A stretch of 64,000 nucleotides of DNA from Dehalococcoidia bacterium. GTDB lineage: Bacteria; Chloroflexota; Dehalococcoidia; Lucifugimonadales; UBA3495. Below the pieces are notes generated by a model. That model saw only the letters and a program-made list of their open reading frames with translations, had not been told where the DNA came from and ran no database searches. The DNA lies in the NCBI GenBank assembly GCA_965216025.1, contig CBDCEX010000015.1, positions 7,063 through 71,062 on the forward strand. The letters are read 5' to 3'. This document shows positions 59,702-64,000 of this stretch, one piece after another (the stretch's first letter is position 1; every line of letters begins with the position of its first letter). The position numbers were made by a program, and so were the translations under genes.

Positions 59702-60856
59702 ATGGTATTTGAGAACTCGGCGTCTTGGGAGCCCGGCCACGACCTAAGCGAGCATTCCGAGCTGATGCCGGAAATCGCCCGGGGTGTCCCACTAATCAAA
59801 GTGCTGGGCATTGGCGGCGGAGGCAGCAACGCGGTCGCCCGGATGTACAAAGATAAACTGCCCGTGGTGGAATACTACGCGGTGAACACCGACGCTCAGC
59901 ATCTGTTCCGGTGCGACGTAAGCCACCGGATGGCCATCGGCCAGAATCTTACCAGGGGTCTGGGCGCGGGAGCCCTGCCCGACCTGGGCCGGCAGGCCGC
60001 CGAGGAGAGCCGGGCCGAAATTCAGCAGGCCATGGAGGGCGCCGACATGGTTTTCCTGGCCGTGGGCATGGGCGGCGGAACCGGAACCGGAGCCGCTCCG
60101 GTAATTGCCCAGGTGGCCAAAGAAAGCGGAGCGCTTACCGTTGCCGTCGTTAGCAGACCCTTCTCATTTGAAGCGGCGGCCCGGCGGAAGAACGCCGAAG
60201 AGGGCATCAGTAAACTAAAGGGTCAAGTCGATACCCTGATTACCATTCCCAACGACCGACTGCTGGAGCTAAATCGCGACAGCGAGTCGACGTTCACTTG
60301 GGAAGAAGCCCTGAAGATGGCCGACTCGGTTCTGCATCAGGGCATTCAGGCCATCGCCGAGGTGGTTACCGTGCCCGGCGAGATTAACGTGGACTTCGCC
60401 GACGTGAAAACCATTTTGCACAACGCCGGTCCCGCCTGGCTGGCCATCGGCCGGGGCAAGGGCGAGAATCGGGCCGTTGATGCCGCCAGACAAGCTACCA
60501 AGAGTCCCTTGCTGGACATCGCCATGGACGGAGCCAAGCGCATCCTCTTCGTGATAACCGGTGGCTCAACCCTCACCCTGAAGGAAGTCCAGGATGCCGC
60601 CCGGGTTATTGAGGAGATGTCGGACCCGGAGGCCAACATCATCTTCGGCACCAGCCGGGACCCGCGGTTGGAGGACGAGGTGAAAATGACCATGGTGGCC
60701 GCCTCCTTCCCGGTTTTGCAGGAAACCCAGCAGATGCGGGAGGACGAGCTCCAACGGCTCCTGCAGGACGTCAACCCAGAGATTGAAAGCGAGCTGGACG
60801 TTCCCAGCTTCCTCCGGCACCAGTCCGGCGGGAAAAGGGGCGGGCTGTTCCGCTGA
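59702..60856 (+). CDS. ftsZ: cell division protein FtsZ
   Basis: [25 protein letters not shown], ..NVDFADVK.. Confidence 0.95.
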   Translation: MVFENSASWEPGHDLSEHSELMPEIARGVPLIKVLGIGGGGSNAVARMYKDKLPVVEYYAVNTDAQHLFRCDVSHRMAIGQNLTRGLGAGALPDLGRQAAEESRAEIQQAMEGADMVFLAVGMGGGTGTGAAPVIAQVAKESGALTVAVVSRPFSFEAAARRKNAEEGISKLKGQVDTLITIPNDRLLELNRDSESTFTWEEALKMADSVLHQGIQAIAEVVTVPGEINVDFADVKTILHNAGPAWLAIGRGKGENRAVDAARQATKSPLLDIAMDGAKRILFVITGGSTLTLKEVQDAARVIEEMSDPEANIIFGTSRDPRLEDEVKMTMVAASFPVLQETQQMREDELQRLLQDVNPEIESELDVPSFLRHQSGGKRGGLFR

Positions 60857-61140
60857 ACCGGGCGGTTGCCCATTTGGTAGAGCGACTGTTAGTACAACCT
60901 GGAAGACTTGACGCCTAATCGATGCCGTAGGAGCCTATCCCCGAGCAGGCCTGGGATGGGCGGAAGGGACGGGCCGTTATTTCGGCGGCCCGCAACGGAA
61001 GAGGGGCAATGACCGGCCAAGTCGGGGCTCCTACGGTAATTTCCCAAATCTCCAGTTCCGCGAGTAATATTCTCGGAGGTCAAGTAGCTGCAATCCTCAT
61101 AAGGTATTGACACCTCCCTTGGCGCCGAGAAGCTGCACTG

Positions 61141-61164
61141 AGGCCGCCCCTTAAAGGGCGGCCT
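61141..61164 (+). terminator. GC-rich hairpin
   Basis: AGGCCGCCC-CTTAAA-GGGCGGCCT. Only a weak T tract follows. Confidence 0.35.
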
Positions 61165-61290
61165 CATCTATTGGAGGCTATATGAGATTTCATTGCGAGT
61201 TTTCATGCTCCGGCGGAGCGCCTCCGACAGATGAAAATGAATTCCCCTCGGCTCATGGTTCGACGGGCTCACCACGAGCGTTAGGGATCC

Positions 61291-61430
61291 CGTTCGTCCT
61301 GAGGCTCTCGAAGGGCGAACGGGCTATTTACAGAGCAGCCCTTCGGCTGCGCTCAGGATAAACTCAGCGAAGCAATCTCCCTTTCGGAGATTGCTTCGTC
61401 GTCCGCGCAAAGCGCACTCCTCGCAATGAC
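61291..61430. repeat. REP-like repeats, family 3 followed by family 2
   Basis: CGTTCGTCCTGAGGCTCTCGAAGGGCGAACG (61291-61322), then GGCTGCGCTCAGGATAAACTCAGCGAAGCAATCTCC-CTTTC-GGAGATTGCTTCG..CTCGCAATGAC. Confidence 0.6.
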
Positions 61431-61589
61431 TATATAAGGGCTTTTTCCAAAGCTCCCAGGGGCAACTTCCTGCTACACCAGGGCCCCATGAGAATATTCC
61501 AACCAATATCACCTTAATTTCCATTGACTTTCCCAAATTGCGCCTTTTACAATGAAACCTACAAGGGATTGTACTTTTAGATTACAATA

Positions 61590-61605
61590 ACACATTATAT
61601 AGTAT
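61590..61605. promoter_or_regulatory. candidate NrdR box upstream of nrdR
   Basis: ACACATTATATAGTAT matches 14 of 16 positions of the published NrdR-box consensus acaCwAtATaTwGtgt. It lies 43 nt upstream of ATG 61648. Confidence 0.4.
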
Positions 61606-61647
61606 TCTAAGAAAGTTTTTAATTTAGTTTAAGAAAGCGTGCAAAAA

Positions 61648-62253
61648 ATGCGCTGCCCTTTTTGTGGATTTTACGACTCCAAAGTGACCAACTCGCGAGA
61701 AGCGGATAGCGGCATCCGCCGGCGCCGCGAGTGCCGGAAATGCGGGGTGCGGTTCACCACTTACGAGAGAGTGCAATCGACCGCTTTGATGGTATCCAAG
61801 CAAGATGGCCGCCGAGAAGAGTTCAATCGAGAAAAGCTGGTAGGGGGTCTCCGCAAAGCCTGCGCCAAGCGCCCCATTCCCTCCCGGACTATCGAAAAAA
61901 TGGTGGAGGACATCGAAGCGGAACTGCACCACCTGGGACATGGGGAAGTGCCCAGCAGCAACATTGGGGAAATGGTCATGGACCGGCTCCGCAAGGTGGA
62001 CCGGGTGGCCTATATACGGTACGCCAGCGTGTACCGGGACTTCCAGGACATCGAGAGCTTTGAGCGGGCGGTCAAAGACCTGCGGGAGGGCAACACCCAG
62101 CTTTCTCTGCCGGAAAATGCACCGGGGAAACCGCGGCTGAGACGCAGTCGGTCGCCCAAAGCAACGGTTCAACCCTCATCCTCGACCCTGGGAGAGGGGG
62201 TTTTAGACCATGAGAAGGGGCAACCAGCAATATTAGGAGGAAATAGCAAGTAA
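61648..62253 (+). CDS. nrdR: transcriptional repressor NrdR (with ~45-aa C-terminal extension)
   Basis: MRCPFCGFYDSKVTNSRE..RRRECRKCGVRFTTYERV zinc ribbon, then an ATP-cone (..REEFNREKL..). Confidence 0.9.
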   Translation: MRCPFCGFYDSKVTNSREADSGIRRRRECRKCGVRFTTYERVQSTALMVSKQDGRREEFNREKLVGGLRKACAKRPIPSRTIEKMVEDIEAELHHLGHGEVPSSNIGEMVMDRLRKVDRVAYIRYASVYRDFQDIESFERAVKDLREGNTQLSLPENAPGKPRLRRSRSPKATVQPSSSTLGEGVLDHEKGQPAILGGNSK

Positions 62254-62495
62254 TGAATAGCAGCGTCCAATACTCCGCTCTCACCAGGTTGTTGGCCCAC
62301 AATAACAGGATCCACGACCTGGGTGAAATACTGAGCCGCATGCCGGTGGTGCTGGGGGAAGAGGAGGGGGACGGGATGGGTTCCAAGGGAACCGACTTTA
62401 ATCCATTTCGGGATTTGCAAGAAGAGATAGACCGGGAAGTACGGGCTAGCCTGGTGACCTGCTGGCTGGCCATGCCGGAGCTCCTGGAAGATTAG
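62253..62495 (+). CDS. hypothetical small protein
   Basis: 80-aa ORF whose ATG overlaps the nrdR stop (TAATG). No motif recognised. Confidence 0.3.
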   Translation: MNSSVQYSALTRLLAHNNRIHDLGEILSRMPVVLGEEEGDGMGSKGTDFNPFRDLQEEIDREVRASLVTCWLAMPELLED

Positions 62496-62716
62496 AAGAC
62501 TGGGTGCCGGCGGGGCGGGTGTTGCCCTAGCCCGCACTGACAGCAGCGGGGGGCCAGTCCGAGGAAAAAATGGTACAACAGTAACCAAAAAACCAAAGGA
62601 CCGCCCGAGGCAGTCATGGAACTAAGCAACTATCTCTAAACGACCTATGTCATTCCGAAACAACGAAGTGGCTAGGGACCAGAAGGGCAGCGTAATTAAT
62701 TGGAGGGGGACTATCA

Positions 62717-62750
62717 GTCGTTCGCCCTTCGAGAGCCTCAGGGCGAACGG
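62717..62750. repeat. REP-like repeat, family 3 (inverted orientation)
   Basis: CGTTCGCCCTTCGAGAGCCTCAGGGCGAACG is the reverse complement of the 61291 repeat, with one mismatch. Confidence 0.6.
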
Positions 62751-62870
62751 AGGAGCCACCGGTTGGGGAAATCCCCCTATATCCCCCTTTGAAAAGGTGG
62801 ATTCGGATCTCCCAAGTTCAGTAAACCCGTTCCCAGGTGAAAAACATCCTAACTAGGCAAGGAAGGGAAC

Positions 62871-63308
62871 TTGTCACGACAGAAATACCAGGTCCAGCTT
62901 CAATGCCAGCCTCTGGCAGCCGGTGACGCGGCCGGAATCGCGCGGTCGTTGAGTCAGAGCTTTCCGGTCACCGGATTCCGCTGCAACGAAGCGGCGGTGT
63001 TCATAGACCTGGAATCCAGGTCGCCTCTGGCTTACGGCGCACTGAAAGACCTGGCGGACCTGGTGATTGACCGAGCCACCGAGATGAACCTGCGCCTGCT
63101 GTCGGCGGTGATCCAACATGTGGACTTAGGACCGGAGGCGTTGTCGGTTGAACCCCTGGGCGGCCGCCTGGGGCGAATCTTGGGGAGGACCTTGGGCATC
63201 AAGCGTTACACCCCTGTAATGTACTTCTACCAGAACATGGTTGTTGACCTGCAGTTGGCGGCCAGGGTTAACAGTCGGCAGATGAAGCCCGTCGCCGAAC
63301 TAAATTAA
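62871..63308 (+). CDS. hypothetical protein
   Basis: 145-aa ORF (TTG start) between nrdR and nrdJ. No motif recognised. Confidence 0.45.
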   Translation: MSRQKYQVQLQCQPLAAGDAAGIARSLSQSFPVTGFRCNEAAVFIDLESRSPLAYGALKDLADLVIDRATEMNLRLLSAVIQHVDLGPEALSVEPLGGRLGRILGRTLGIKRYTPVMYFYQNMVVDLQLAARVNSRQMKPVAELN

Positions 63309-63402
63309 GCAAAAAAATAAATTGGTATTGTGGCCGGCCGGTGTTTGCCTGGAATAGGCTCTGGTATGAAGGCGGGTGGCTACAGTGTGGAGGGGTGGTA
63401 TC

Positions 63403-64000
63403 TTGGCGATTTTACAAAGGAATCCCATTTCAACTACAGAAGACACTAGGAACCGCATCCGGCAGGCCCTGCAAGAGGCGGGGATTGCCCGGCAAATCAA
63501 CGAGCGCTCGTCGGAGCTGACCGACAACTCCCAAATAGTCCTCCAGCGCAGGTATCTCTCCAAGGACCGGGAAGGCAACGTTTTGGAAGATGCCGACGGC
63601 ATGTTCCGCCGGGTGGCCCAAAACCTGTCCCAGGCCGACCTCAACTACGGCGCGACCGAGGACGAGCGGCTGGCCACCGAGGAGGAATTCGCCGACGTAA
63701 TGCGCCGGCTGGAATTCTTGCCCAACTCACCCACATTGATGAACGCCGGGCGGGAGCTGCAGCAGCTTTCCGCCTGCTTTGTGTTGCCGGTGGAAGACTC
63801 TTTGGATTCCATCTTTTCCATGGTCAAGAGCACCGCGCTGATCCACAAGAGTGGCGGCGGCACCGGCTTCTCTTTCTCGCGGCTCCGTCCCGAAGGAGAC
63901 GTGGTGGGCTCCACCGGCGGCGTGGCCTCCGGGCCGGTCAGCTTCATCAACGCCTTCGACGCCGCTACCGACGTGGTCAAACAGGGCGGCACTCGCCGTG
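63403..64000 (+). CDS. nrdJ: adenosylcobalamin-dependent ribonucleotide reductase (class II), N-terminal part; continues beyond window
   Basis: Frame open to the window end, so it is missing from the ORF track. ..[13 protein letters not shown].., ..[12 protein letters not shown].., ..[17 protein letters not shown].., ..[17 protein letters not shown].., ..GPVSF... GGAGGGG RBS before TTG 63403. Confidence 0.85.
   Translation, partial: MAILQRNPISTTEDTRNRIRQALQEAGIARQINERSSELTDNSQIVLQRRYLSKDREGNVLEDADGMFRRVAQNLSQADLNYGATEDERLATEEEFADVMRRLEFLPNSPTLMNAGRELQQLSACFVLPVEDSLDSIFSMVKSTALIHKSGGGTGFSFSRLRPEGDVVGSTGGVASGPVSFINAFDAATDVVKQGGTRR

Noticed and set aside
63309-63402. A cobalamin riboswitch upstream of the B12-dependent nrdJ
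   Set aside because: The spacer is only ~95 nt and I could not see a B12-box-like GCCACUG or the conserved AGGGAA/GGUG core. It is too short for this riboswitch class.
1-64000. CRISPR arrays, rRNA genes, retron or DGR-type reverse transcriptases
   Set aside because: There are no regularly spaced direct repeats with unique spacers. I saw no rRNA-like conserved stretches and no RT (YxDD) ORF while reading both strands.

Overview
GC-rich bacterial chromosomal window in two parts: about 51 kb of decayed accessory and catabolic DNA, then about 13 kb of conserved core genes.

(1) 1-13.7 kb. Two divergent, head-to-head copies of a compact integrative, phage-satellite-like element. Shared parts are a RecA-fold replication ATPase followed by GGGACAC iterons and a large terminase. 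The single P4-type integrase lies between the two copies. An HK97-type capsid and prohead protease are visible only in the right copy. No portal or tail genes are visible. The right-hand copy is dead:
- its ATPase is split by nested IS701 + 170-bp MITE insertions at CTAG;
- its terminase is frameshifted by 8-bp and 10-bp tandem duplications;
- its HNH gene is frameshifted;
- its protease is cut off by an IS.

(2) 13.7-48.5 kb. A run of hydrolase and oxidoreductase genes: dienelactone hydrolases, alpha/beta hydrolases, GMC oxidoreductase, beta-lactamase-fold hydrolase, amidohydrolase, MmgE/PrpD, PIG-L deacetylase, three tandem CMD paralogs and a crotonase. Many are frameshifted, truncated, nonsense-mutated or IS-disrupted.

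Mobile DNA sums to about 11 kb (about 18%) of the window from my coordinates:
- four 1229-bp copies of one IS630-family element;
- a second IS630-family element, as one full copy plus one fragment carrying an ORF-less group II intron;
- IS701, IS5-family and ISAzo13-family elements;
- two MITE copies.

(3) 48.5-51.3 kb. A lower-GC island remnant with an integrase fragment and a divergent gene pair. One gene is an HslV/proteasome-like Ntn hydrolase. The other is a 4x CxxCxGxG zinc finger fused to a TIGR02391/Ymh-like domain. Each is interrupted by one in-frame stop.

(4) 51.4-64 kb. tig-clpP-clpX, rsmH-ftsA-ftsZ, nrdR and nrdJ (partial), separated by REP-like palindromic repeats.

I found no rRNA, tRNA or CRISPR array. 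A Chloroflexota-like origin is only a weak inference from gene content. All family assignments come from reading motifs by eye; no searches were run.
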